This document shows, in pieces, positions 55,407 to 64,000 of a stretch of DNA of 64,000 bases (position 1 is its first letter; each line of letters starts with the position of its first letter). This stretch comes from a virus. Its lineage: Duplodnaviria; Heunggongvirae; Uroviricota; Caudoviricetes. The DNA is taken from IMG/VR virus record IMGVR_UViG_3300012983_000030; one strand, 5' to 3'. Under the pieces are notes generated by a model. That model did no database searches and was not told the origin of the DNA. It saw only the letters and a program-made list of their open reading frames with translations. Made by a program: the position numbers and the translations under genes.

Positions 55407-56906
55407 TTATATAAAAATTAACTGAGAAGTTCCATTTTCATAAACTACTGCGTTACAATGTGCCCATTTTGTCATACCTTTTTGATTATAACTGAGCTTT
55501 AATTTAGATAAAGTTCCAACATAAACTGTTTTTTCAAAAATTTCTGGACTATGTGTATGACCACAAATGCAATCTTCATAGGTTTTATTAAAGGAATTAA
55601 CACTACCTCTTGCTCCTGATATACCAGCATCACCGTGTTCACTTAATTCAATACCAGCAATAGAAAAACTAGTATTTAATTTCAAGTATTGAACATTATT
55701 AGGTAAATACTCACTCAGTATATTTTTGTCATCTAAATACATTTCAAATAATTTTGCTCCTATACGAGCATTTGCCTTATCTTTTGTAAATTCGCCTGTC
55801 TCTAACCATTTTCTAATAAAATCATCATGATTTGAATTTACAATTTTAAATTCTGTATTTTTGAATGAATTTGCTAAATACTTTAAATTAATCACAACTG
55901 CATTTAACTCATCTTCTAATGTCTTAGTTTCCGCAGTAGTATTTTTTACCTTAGATAAATATTGATACATTTCATGATGAGAAATACTATTCCAAGATGC
56001 TACATCATGTAATAATACAGTTTTAGGATTATAAGTAGACATAAATTTCATTGTCTTTTTTAAAGCTTCTTCATCATCTTCTGGTAAATGTAAATCACCT
56101 AATACTAAAGCTGGAATATTTTTAACTTTTTTAACACCATCTGAAGAATATCTTTTATCCAAATCATAAATAAATCCATTTTTATAGACCAAATTACGAA
56201 CAAAATATCTATTATGTTCTTCATTCCATTCTAAAAGGATTGCTCCTAACTTATGATATTTATTGTCAATTTGACCAGCTACGGTTTCTTTATACTCAAC
56301 ATTTGAAATAGTACCGGTTGAACAACCTACTCTAAACGCATTAAATTGTTTGTAAGGTAACATTCTTAAATATTGTTTAGTTGATCCAACAATTATGGTT
56401 GTTAAATCTGTTGATAATTTATCAAGATTCATAAGTGGATTTTTTTGAGTTTGAGGTATTAAAAAATCCTTAGCTAAACAATTACTATCTTTTTCAAATT
56501 CAAAACTCGTTGCTAGATATTTATTTATTAAAGCATAATCGAATTTAGAAAATAATGAATTTTTCTTATATGATTTACCCCATAATATACCTAATTCTGC
56601 TTTATTTTCTTTACAGTAATTCAATAAAGTCGTAAAACAATCAACATTTATCTCTGAACCATCCATAGCATATGTTATTACAACTTTATTTGCTTTTTTG
56701 TTAAATACTTTAGTTGATGCTACGCGTGTAAGTTGTAAAGTAAAATCAGCTTCTTCCATAAAATTTTTCCAAGTACCCCAGATTTTTTCAATGAGACTTG
56801 TTGAATTAGTAGGATTCATTGTACGATATTCACCTCTGGACAATTTCTTACCAGCTAATTTACATAATTCATTAAATTCATTTAAAATTTCTGTCTTACT
56901 TATCAT
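55407..56906 (-). CDS. Calcineurin-like metallophosphoesterase with N-terminal helical repeat
   Basis: GDLH, HD, SNHD, HGD, GHTHSP motifs. Confidence 0.75.
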   Translation of the reverse strand: MISKTEILNEFNELCKLAGKKLSRGEYRTMNPTNSTSLIEKIWGTWKNFMEEADFTLQLTRVASTKVFNKKANKVVITYAMDGSEINVDCFTTLLNYCKENKAELGILWGKSYKKNSLFSKFDYALINKYLATSFEFEKDSNCLAKDFLIPQTQKNPLMNLDKLSTDLTTIIVGSTKQYLRMLPYKQFNAFRVGCSTGTISNVEYKETVAGQIDNKYHKLGAILLEWNEEHNRYFVRNLVYKNGFIYDLDKRYSSDGVKKVKNIPALVLGDLHLPEDDEEALKKTMKFMSTYNPKTVLLHDVASWNSISHHEMYQYLSKVKNTTAETKTLEDELNAVVINLKYLANSFKNTEFKIVNSNHDDFIRKWLETGEFTKDKANARIGAKLFEMYLDDKNILSEYLPNNVQYLKLNTSFSIAGIELSEHGDAGISGARGSVNSFNKTYEDCICGHTHSPEIFEKTVYVGTLSKLKLSYNQKGMTKWAHCNAVVYENGTSQLIFI

Positions 56907-57597
56907 TGTTTACTCTCTTTTTATTAGTAACTTTAGATTTTGCTGATTTCTTTTCTGATTTCAATATTTCTTCATCAAATTTAGCTCTTTTTAATTCATA
57001 TTGTCTTTTTTGAAATAACTCATTTTCAATTATTTGATCACATAAACCATAATGTAAGCATTGTTCAGCACTTAAATAACCACGCTCATCACTTTGTAAT
57101 TTTAATAATTCAGTTTTTGATAATTTATTTTCACAAGCATCTAAATATAAATTTACAATATTATCAGCATATTCTTTATTTTGATGATACATCTTTTCAA
57201 TTTCACTATGTTTAGTAGTAACATCCCAAATACAACCAAAATGAATAAAATGTCTTGACATAGCACTCATATATCTTTGATCACCTTGTACTGCAATCAT
57301 AGAAGCTGCACTTCCAGCTAAACCTAATACAAACGTATATATTTCAATATTATATAATCTTGCCATATTAATTAATCCAATAATGGTTAACATTGTATCA
57401 ACTTCACCACCTGGACTATTTATAAAAAACATTAAACGTTTATTTTGATTTTGTTCGTTTAATATAAATGAAGTCATATCTCCAATTAAATGCGCACAAT
57501 TATCTGCGGTTATAGTATCTAAGATGAATATTTTTTCATTCATCATATAATTCTTAGGTGTTTGATTTGTAATATTATCTGTCGTTCCTGACCACAC
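56896..57597 (-). CDS. clpP: Second ClpP-like protease subunit
   Basis: INSPGG, AGSAAS (Ser), FIH (His), LSA..C..YGLCD. Confidence 0.8.
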   Translation of the reverse strand: MWSGTTDNITNQTPKNYMMNEKIFILDTITADNCAHLIGDMTSFILNEQNQNKRLMFFINSPGGEVDTMLTIIGLINMARLYNIEIYTFVLGLAGSAASMIAVQGDQRYMSAMSRHFIHFGCIWDVTTKHSEIEKMYHQNKEYADNIVNLYLDACENKLSKTELLKLQSDERGYLSAEQCLHYGLCDQIIENELFQKRQYELKRAKFDEEILKSEKKSAKSKVTNKKRVNNDK

Positions 57598-57686
57598 TTA
57601 AAATGCTCCTTTTTTAAAGTTATATGTTATTGAACTATAAGTAAAAGCCTTAATTTTTATAAATATTTCCATTCTTAAACAAAATT

Positions 57687-57692
57687 GTTCTA
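57687..57692 (+). promoter_or_regulatory. Putative late-promoter motif GTTCTA
   Basis: Upstream of ATG 57734. Confidence 0.5.
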
Positions 57693-57733
57693 ATTTAAAG
57701 ATTATTAAAATATTTTAATCAAAGGACAATTTA

Positions 57734-58348
57734 ATGACTATTAACATAGAAGAAACTCTTCAGTTATTTTCAGAAAAAGCTGGAGAATCATGGTTTTTGC
57801 GTAGACAATCAGATGGTCAATATGCTATCGTAAAAGGTAATGAAATATATGCTGTTTTTGATGCAGATGAATTAGATGAAGCAGAAAATAAATTAGAAGA
57901 ATTAAATTCTTCAATGCAAGAAGATTTAGAACATCAACCTGATTTATTTGATAAAACTTTAGGTAGTTTTTACTTAGAAGGTGATGAAGTAAAGGTTGAA
58001 AAAGCTAAAGACGGAAGTAAAAACTTTATCTTTAGTCCAAAAGTAGGAAATTATTTAGATTCACAAATCATGAATCCTGAAGATACAATGCATATTGTTG
58101 CTTTGTTAGCAGATAGATATATAAATTCTGATGATTTCAGTAAAGTATTACAATATGCAAATAGAGAAGATAGTCTTATTTTTAATACTACTGAAAACGG
58201 TCCTATTAAAATATCAATGAATGATTTATTTGATTATGCTACATATTTAACAAGAGAAGAAAGATTTAAAAGAGTTGCTAATGAATCTTTATCTACTTAC
58301 TTAAAAAGAGCACAAAAAGTATTCAATGAATCTTTTAAAAAAGATTAA
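57734..58348 (+). CDS. Hypothetical protein (putative internal head protein)
   Basis: 204 aa, acidic; ANES/FNES sites; downstream of GTTCTA. Confidence 0.55.
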   Translation: MTINIEETLQLFSEKAGESWFLRRQSDGQYAIVKGNEIYAVFDADELDEAENKLEELNSSMQEDLEHQPDLFDKTLGSFYLEGDEVKVEKAKDGSKNFIFSPKVGNYLDSQIMNPEDTMHIVALLADRYINSDDFSKVLQYANREDSLIFNTTENGPIKISMNDLFDYATYLTREERFKRVANESLSTYLKRAQKVFNESFKKD

Positions 58349-58366
58349 TAATAAAAAGAGGTTGTT

Positions 58367-60007
58367 ATGGTTAAAGCATTTAACATCAAAACAAAATTAA
58401 AAAATATTTTAAATGAAGCAGATGGTGATTTTACTTCTGTCTTAAAAAATACAGAAACATTTGATCCTACAAAAAATATAAATTTTGAAACAAATGATAT
58501 AGCTTCTGAAGAAAATGATGAAACAAAAGCAAAATTAACAGCAAAAGCTGTTGATAAAATCAAACAATCTTTAACTGTAACTGATGAATTACAATCAATT
58601 TTAAATCAAATTAATAAAATAAACAATGAAGATGGTTATGCAGAATGGAAAATAAATGAAGAAGGTAATACTGCTTCATTACGTAAAAAAAATGCATATA
58701 TCTTTAAACAAAATGATAATTTGTGTTTATCTTATAATGGAAAAATTCAAATCTTTAAATCAGTTGATGAATTACATAATTGGTTAAAAGAAAATAATTT
58801 TCCTTTACCAAAAGATATTAAATTACACGAAGGTACAGAATATAAATCTCAAATTCATCCTTGGCATCAACTTCAATTTATTAATGGAAATGTTGGTTCA
58901 GGAAGTTGGGTATTTAAAAAAGCTCACGAAATTTATAATTCATTTGAACATAATGAAATTTCTGAAGAACGTGCTAAAGAACTATTAGGTAAATTAGTTT
59001 ATGATGTACAAATTGCTTTATGGGGTGATGAAAACGGTAAAATTACACCTTTAACAGAAGATGAAAAACCAAAAAATATTGGAAGATTTTCTAAATTCTT
59101 TGAAGATCCGGTTTATATGACTAAAGATGGAAAAGAAATTAAAAAAGGTGATACTGTACCTTGGACAGATAAAGATAAAGAAGAATTAGAAAGATATAAT
59201 AACAGATTTAAATCTACTATTCATAAAATGGGTAAAGATAGAGAAAAACAAGCTCGTCAATATATGACTAAAGATGATTTAAAATTACATGCATTTACAA
59301 GTAAAACTAATACTCAAAATAAAAAATGGTATTTAAAACTAAAAAGTAAAGTTAACAATTCTGAAAATCAATATTTAAATAATGATTGGAAAAATGGTGA
59401 TTTATTAGTTAATAATTTAAATGATGCTAAATCATTTGAATCTAAATCTGACGCTTTAAAAGCATATCATCAAGTATTATTAAAAACAGAAAATCCAAGT
59501 ATATACTTCTCTCCTATTTCAGAATGTTTTGGAGGAGTAACTACTGGTACTTTAGGTACTGCTGTACAATATGTAGGAAATAAAAAAGAATCTTCTTTTA
59601 AAGATGAATTTTTAAAATTATTAGATAAAAAAACAGATGATATTACATTAAAAGAAGATGATACTCCAGAAGATTTTGCTACAAATATAGACAATACTCC
59701 AGATATGCCTTTAGATGATGTAGAATCTCCAATGGATACAGAAACATCAGATTTAGATATGAATACTGATATACCATTAGATGATACTCCAGACTTAAAT
59801 TTTGGAGATATAAATATATCTGGTGGAAATGGAAACTATAGTCCAGAAGATACTGAAGAAAATCCAATACCTAGTATTCCTCAAGATGAATATAAAATTA
59901 TAGATGTTTTAATAAATGATACAGATGAAACAGATATAAAAGTAAAATTACAGAATATAGAAACAGGTGAAATAGAAATAAAAGAATTAAGTGAAATAGA
60001 TATTTAA
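58367..60007 (+). CDS. Hypothetical protein (putative internal head protein)
   Basis: 546 aa; ILNEA, LHEG, ISEC, LKED sites; Asp-rich tail. Confidence 0.55.
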   Translation: MVKAFNIKTKLKNILNEADGDFTSVLKNTETFDPTKNINFETNDIASEENDETKAKLTAKAVDKIKQSLTVTDELQSILNQINKINNEDGYAEWKINEEGNTASLRKKNAYIFKQNDNLCLSYNGKIQIFKSVDELHNWLKENNFPLPKDIKLHEGTEYKSQIHPWHQLQFINGNVGSGSWVFKKAHEIYNSFEHNEISEERAKELLGKLVYDVQIALWGDENGKITPLTEDEKPKNIGRFSKFFEDPVYMTKDGKEIKKGDTVPWTDKDKEELERYNNRFKSTIHKMGKDREKQARQYMTKDDLKLHAFTSKTNTQNKKWYLKLKSKVNNSENQYLNNDWKNGDLLVNNLNDAKSFESKSDALKAYHQVLLKTENPSIYFSPISECFGGVTTGTLGTAVQYVGNKKESSFKDEFLKLLDKKTDDITLKEDDTPEDFATNIDNTPDMPLDDVESPMDTETSDLDMNTDIPLDDTPDLNFGDINISGGNGNYSPEDTEENPIPSIPQDEYKIIDVLINDTDETDIKVKLQNIETGEIEIKELSEIDI

Positions 60008-60014
60008 AAAAAAG

Positions 60015-60042
60015 AAAAGGAAGTATTTAAACTTCCTTTTTT
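60015..60042. terminator. Bidirectional intrinsic terminator
   Basis: AAAAGGAAGT/ACTTCCTTTT perfect stem between convergent genes. Confidence 0.8.
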
Positions 60043-60043
60043 A

Positions 60044-60349
60044 TTACTTGTTATTTATTACTTCTGTATGTAACAATAAACACAATTTATCAACATCTTC
60101 TTTTAATATACCTAATGATCTTCCTGATACTTTATATGTAATATAAAAAAATTTAGGATTATAGTTTAATTTAAAAAAGTTATTACTTTTATTATTTATT
60201 TTTCCTGATTGATAATCTAATATTAAATGAAAAAGTAATTTTAAGTTATCTTTATTACCAATTTCAAGATAATAATTTCCATTATAAATGTAATAAGTAT
60301 CACAATATAAAAACTTATTATACTTTTTTTCAATTTTTAAATTAGACAT
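60044..60349 (-). CDS. Hypothetical protein
   Basis: 101 aa with AGGAG RBS. Confidence 0.55.
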   Translation of the reverse strand: MSNLKIEKKYNKFLYCDTYYIYNGNYYLEIGNKDNLKLLFHLILDYQSGKINNKSNNFFKLNYNPKFFYITYKVSGRSLGILKEDVDKLCLLLHTEVINNK

Positions 60350-60716
60350 ATTTTCTCCTTTAATATATTTAAATTTTAAATATAATTTTTTTAAACATAC
60401 TTATTATATTACTTTATTATAAGATGTATTATTTATTTTCTTATTAAGTAGTAATATATTTTGTTTTTATTCTTATTTATTATTCTTTATTTTTTTATGT
60501 TATTATTTAATTTTATTATTAAGTTAATATTTATTTTTTATGATTTTTTAAAGAAGTAAATAAGATGTGTTTTAGTACGTGTAAAACTTGTATATTTAAT
60601 AAATATATATTTAGAAGTAAAAACTTTTTAAAAAAATAAAATATAATTTTCCAAATAGTATATATTTTTGATATAAACTATTGTTTTATAAAGATAATTA
60701 TTTTTGAATTTTTTAT

Positions 60717-61703
60717 TTACTTTAAGTATTCATAAATAGATTTCATTCCAGGACATCCTGTTTCATCAAATTTTAACTGACAACAGTCAGCATTACAGTA
60801 AGTAAAATATTTACAAATCAGACAAGAAGCAGGAATTTGTTTTTCAAAGTTTATCAATTTATTTTTTAAATCCATATTTATTTGATTTAAATTACCATAT
60901 ATGTTATTAGCCATATTTGGACAAGAAGCAATAGTTCCATTTGGATTAATAGTTATTACTCTTTTCATACATTCTCTTGCTCTACAACCAAGAAATATAC
61001 CTTTAATTGAATTTTCTACACCTTCAAATAATGGTATTATTATATCTGTATTTTTTTCGTATAATTTGTATAATTCAAATAAGTATAAATCTTGATCTTT
61101 ATTTGAAGGTTTGACTTTATTAATAGTAGCTCTACCTGTTTCAGTTATTCTTTCAATATTAAAACGTTTAATGTTTAAATTATTAAAAAAATCAAATATT
61201 TCTTGAGGAATTACGTTTTTAATAACATAATCTGTTAAACAAATTATAGGTTGAACTTCTATATTTTCTTTATGTAATAATTTTACATTGTTAATCCATA
61301 AATTTCTTTCATTATCATTAGAAAATCTTAAATCACCAAAATCATATGATGTCATAATCATACTATTATCATCAAAAGGTTTCATTTTATGAAATAACTT
61401 TAAATGAGTATCAGTTATATTATATATAAGATTAGTAGTTATACACCATCTTAGATTTAAATCTTTAGTTTTATCCAAAAAAGATAATGTTTTATTTATA
61501 TCATACAATAGTGGTTCACCACCATGTAATGAAATATCTATTCTATCGTTTGGATTAGTTTTTTTAAATTCTTTTAACCAAACAATAACTTTTTCTAAAG
61601 TCTCATCAGACATTGAATTATGATTATTCATAATTTCATTATAACAATGTTTGCATTTTAAATTACATCCATTTGTTAATTTTATATAAATATTATAATC
61701 CAT
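60717..61703 (-). CDS. Radical SAM protein with SPASM domain
   Basis: CNLKCKHC, HGGEPL, TTN, C-terminal C..C / CP / C..C.....C...CC cluster. Confidence 0.92.
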   Translation of the reverse strand: MDYNIYIKLTNGCNLKCKHCYNEIMNNHNSMSDETLEKVIVWLKEFKKTNPNDRIDISLHGGEPLLYDINKTLSFLDKTKDLNLRWCITTNLIYNITDTHLKLFHKMKPFDDNSMIMTSYDFGDLRFSNDNERNLWINNVKLLHKENIEVQPIICLTDYVIKNVIPQEIFDFFNNLNIKRFNIERITETGRATINKVKPSNKDQDLYLFELYKLYEKNTDIIIPLFEGVENSIKGIFLGCRARECMKRVITINPNGTIASCPNMANNIYGNLNQINMDLKNKLINFEKQIPASCLICKYFTYCNADCCQLKFDETGCPGMKSIYEYLK

Positions 61704-62598
61704 TGTTTATTCCTACACATTTATTACATGTATTTAATTTACCTGATGTTGAATTATTTCTTAATTTATTTGCTTTTTCAGAAAACCATATATCTTCTAA
61801 ATTAGAATTCATAATATTACCTATTGTAAATTCTTCATCTATACCAAATCTACAAAGATTTATATCACCAGTAGTTTTTATATGACATAAATTATATAAA
61901 CCAAAACAAGGTAATTCACATAAATGTTTAAGTATTTTTGAATTATTAGATAAATCTATAAATTTGTTATTTATTTTAGCGGCATGATTATAGATTTGAG
62001 TATAATAGTGTTTATCAACTAAAGTATCTAGGTATTTTGAAAAAGAATCTTGCTCAGAATTATTGTAATAAATAGAAGAAGCAGATATTTGTGTTTTAGA
62101 GTTTATATTATTTCTATATTCAATTAATTCCTGCATATTTTGCATTATCAAATCAAAAGTATCACAACCGGTTACATCTAAATGTGATAATTTATTATAT
62201 CCGTTTAATGAAAATTTAATAGATTTTATGTTATTTTCTACAGCATATTTTAAAGGATCTAATAAAATACCGTTTGTAGTAATAAATATAACGCATTCTG
62301 GGTATGTTTTTTTGACGTATAAGATATAGTTTTTGAATTTTGGATGTAATGTACCTTCACCCATATGAAACAAGCCTATTTCTGGAATTTTTAAGCGTTT
62401 TGCTTCATTTATAACTTTATAAAATATTTCATCAGATATAAAGGATTTAGTATTTTTTAATTTTGGTACAATACAGTATGTACATTTATGATTACAAATG
62501 CTTGCTAATTCAATTTTAATTGATTTTGGTAATGTAATTTTATCAGTATCAATGTTATATGCAATATTTGATACCCTATTTATTATAGAGTCTGTCAT
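61693..62598 (-). CDS. Radical SAM protein with SPASM/Twitch domain
   Basis: CNHKCTYC, GEG.LHP, TTNG, C...G....C, IGNI....L..IW, C..C. Confidence 0.92.
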   Translation of the reverse strand: MTDSIINRVSNIAYNIDTDKITLPKSIKIELASICNHKCTYCIVPKLKNTKSFISDEIFYKVINEAKRLKIPEIGLFHMGEGTLHPKFKNYILYVKKTYPECVIFITTNGILLDPLKYAVENNIKSIKFSLNGYNKLSHLDVTGCDTFDLIMQNMQELIEYRNNINSKTQISASSIYYNNSEQDSFSKYLDTLVDKHYYTQIYNHAAKINNKFIDLSNNSKILKHLCELPCFGLYNLCHIKTTGDINLCRFGIDEEFTIGNIMNSNLEDIWFSEKANKLRNNSTSGKLNTCNKCVGINNGL

Positions 62599-63493
62599 GT
62601 ATAAAATCAGTTATAATTAGTTTTAAAGCTTCAAATTCGGTTTGATTATTTGGCATACCAAATCTAGTAAAAGTATGATTATCAACAACGAATTTATGAC
62701 AAGGTATATTACTAATAACATCTCCATAAAGAGTTATAAAGTTATTAGTTACATAATCTATAGAAGAAGTCAGTTGTATTAATTCTTCTTTATATCTAGG
62801 TTTATCTATATCAAAATCAGTGTTCATTAACCAAGAAAACGCTAAACTATTTATATATTGTTCTCTTTGTAAAGACATTTTATGATGTAAAGATTTTGGA
62901 TAAATAGCAAAACCCAAACGTAAACCACATCCAATTAATTTATCGAAAGAACCAACTATGATATTTTTTGGATTTTTTAATAAAATCTCAATGCTTTGTT
63001 TCATACAATCTATATTTTGGTAAGTTATATCACATATATTATATTTAGCGGTACTTTCATCTAAATCTTTAATTAAACAGTCATATTCAAAACAAGTTGT
63101 TATACCGCAATTTGAATATAAGACATCTGTTTTTGTATTATAAAAGTCTATTGGAGTTTTGAAACTATTATCTGTTTTATCATAGGTAAATTGTTTATAG
63201 ATAGGCTTGATATCCAAAGCTTCACAATATACTTCTAACATCCTCCATGTTGGACCAGCCCAGCATAATGTTTTTGGTTTTAATGCTAATAACACATTCT
63301 TCATTGTATTTTCACAACCATTGCCTAAAAAGAAAGTATCAGGTTGCAAATTAAAGAGTTCACCAAATTTTTTATAAGCATAATACATATCTGGATATAA
63401 TCGAACATTAGTTGTAAGATATGTATCTTCTCCTGGTTCATTTTGTGTAGATAAACCATAGTTTCTTTGTTTATAAGCTTCTCTTTTTATCAT
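62576..63493 (-). CDS. PLP-dependent fold-I enzyme (HisC/CobD-like)
   Basis: YPD, LGNG.E, PTW, D.TY, GSFDK (PLP Lys), GLRLG. Confidence 0.75.
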   Translation of the reverse strand: MIKREAYKQRNYGLSTQNEPGEDTYLTTNVRLYPDMYYAYKKFGELFNLQPDTFFLGNGCENTMKNVLLALKPKTLCWAGPTWRMLEVYCEALDIKPIYKQFTYDKTDNSFKTPIDFYNTKTDVLYSNCGITTCFEYDCLIKDLDESTAKYNICDITYQNIDCMKQSIEILLKNPKNIIVGSFDKLIGCGLRLGFAIYPKSLHHKMSLQREQYINSLAFSWLMNTDFDIDKPRYKEELIQLTSSIDYVTNNFITLYGDVISNIPCHKFVVDNHTFTRFGMPNNQTEFEALKLIITDFIHDRLYNK

Positions 63494-64000
63494 TTTCCCA
63501 CCATTTTACAAAATTATCACCAATCATCATACCGTTTATATCACATATTTCACAACATTTAAAGCATTGTCTACCTTTAGCAGAAAGCATACCTTTTCTT
63601 TTCTCTTCTAATATATTTACAAAATAATCGTAGATTGAAGTATTGAAAATATTATATTCAGAAACGCTATGATTATTCCAGTCTGCTTCACATTGTAGAT
63701 AATTACCTGTTGTATCTATAAATATTTTATAAAAAGGATAATTACATCTAGTATTTAATTTTACTTTTTTTGTATTTAAATATCCCGCTCTATTGTAAAT
63801 ATTCATTTGTGGATTTTGCATATCATGATTTCTAAACCAAGCTTTGGTATTTTTGAATTTTTCTTTATATTCATTAATTTTATTCCATTCGTGTACAGAA
63901 ATTTTAATTTGAATGGATGGTCCATAATTTTCTATTTCTTCCCAATCTTCTTTTTTTAATAAAGTACCATTAGATACAATAACTATTTTAAAATTACTCA
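63471..64000 (-). CDS. Radical SAM/SPASM protein, 3' part (runs off the right edge)
   Basis: Frame stays open to the window end (IVIVSNGT...ISVH); NRAG, C.YPF, C..DW, C..CD. Confidence 0.8.
   Translation of the reverse strand, partial: SNFKIVIVSNGTLLKKEDWEEIENYGPSIQIKISVHEWNKINEYKEKFKNTKAWFRNHDMQNPQMNIYNRAGYLNTKKVKLNTRCNYPFYKIFIDTTGNYLQCEADWNNHSVSEYNIFNTSIYDYFVNILEEKRKGMLSAKGRQCFKCCEICDINGMMIGDNFVKWWENDKKRSL

Noticed and set aside
60350-60716. tRNA or structured ncRNA
   Set aside because: Too few G/C for stable stems; no cloverleaf or T-loop motif seen
742-61885. Short antisense or nested ORFs in the track (e.g. 742, 1158, 13781, 14456, 25808, 32294, 39109, 51147, 52944)
   Set aside because: They lie opposite or within well-supported genes and show no motifs or RBS; treated as shadow ORFs
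1-64000. Bacterial chromosome, suggested by recA, glyA, clpP, tdk and groESL
   Set aside because: These genes are divergent and interleaved with terminase, portal and baseplate genes under shared phage-type motifs; no rRNA or ribosomal operons
1-64000. Alternative genetic code (stop-codon reassignment)
   Set aside because: Long genes are intact in code 11, and TAG/TGA occur as genuine ends (e.g. 26179, 13820)

Overview
A 64-kb segment of a very AT-rich, large (probably jumbo) myovirus with T4-like architecture, read in the standard genetic code. The left end carries host-like genes on the - strand (recA 5' end, clpP, an HNH endonuclease, glyA). The + strand then carries small putative regulators, terminase, a secreted-lysin cassette, thymidine kinase and a contractile-tail module (tube, chaperones, tape measure, baseplate, fibres). 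The - strand block holds a double AAA+ ATPase, GH19 endolysin, scaffold, a 974-aa prohead protease, neck, putative head-packaged proteins, portal, GroEL/GroES, glutaredoxin, a metallophosphoesterase and a second ClpP. A radical-SAM/PLP cluster runs off the right edge. No major capsid or sheath gene, tRNA or CRISPR was recognised. Main observations: a tandem pair of T3 SAM-lyase-like genes with their own sigma70 promoter; a protease that looks like a self-cleaving polyprotein beside ORFs sharing leader/cleavage motifs; three promoter classes including a non-T4 late motif GTTCTA; a probable programmed frameshift before the tape measure gene; and several small ORFs missing from the ORF track. All family calls are by-eye motif recognition; no database search was run.
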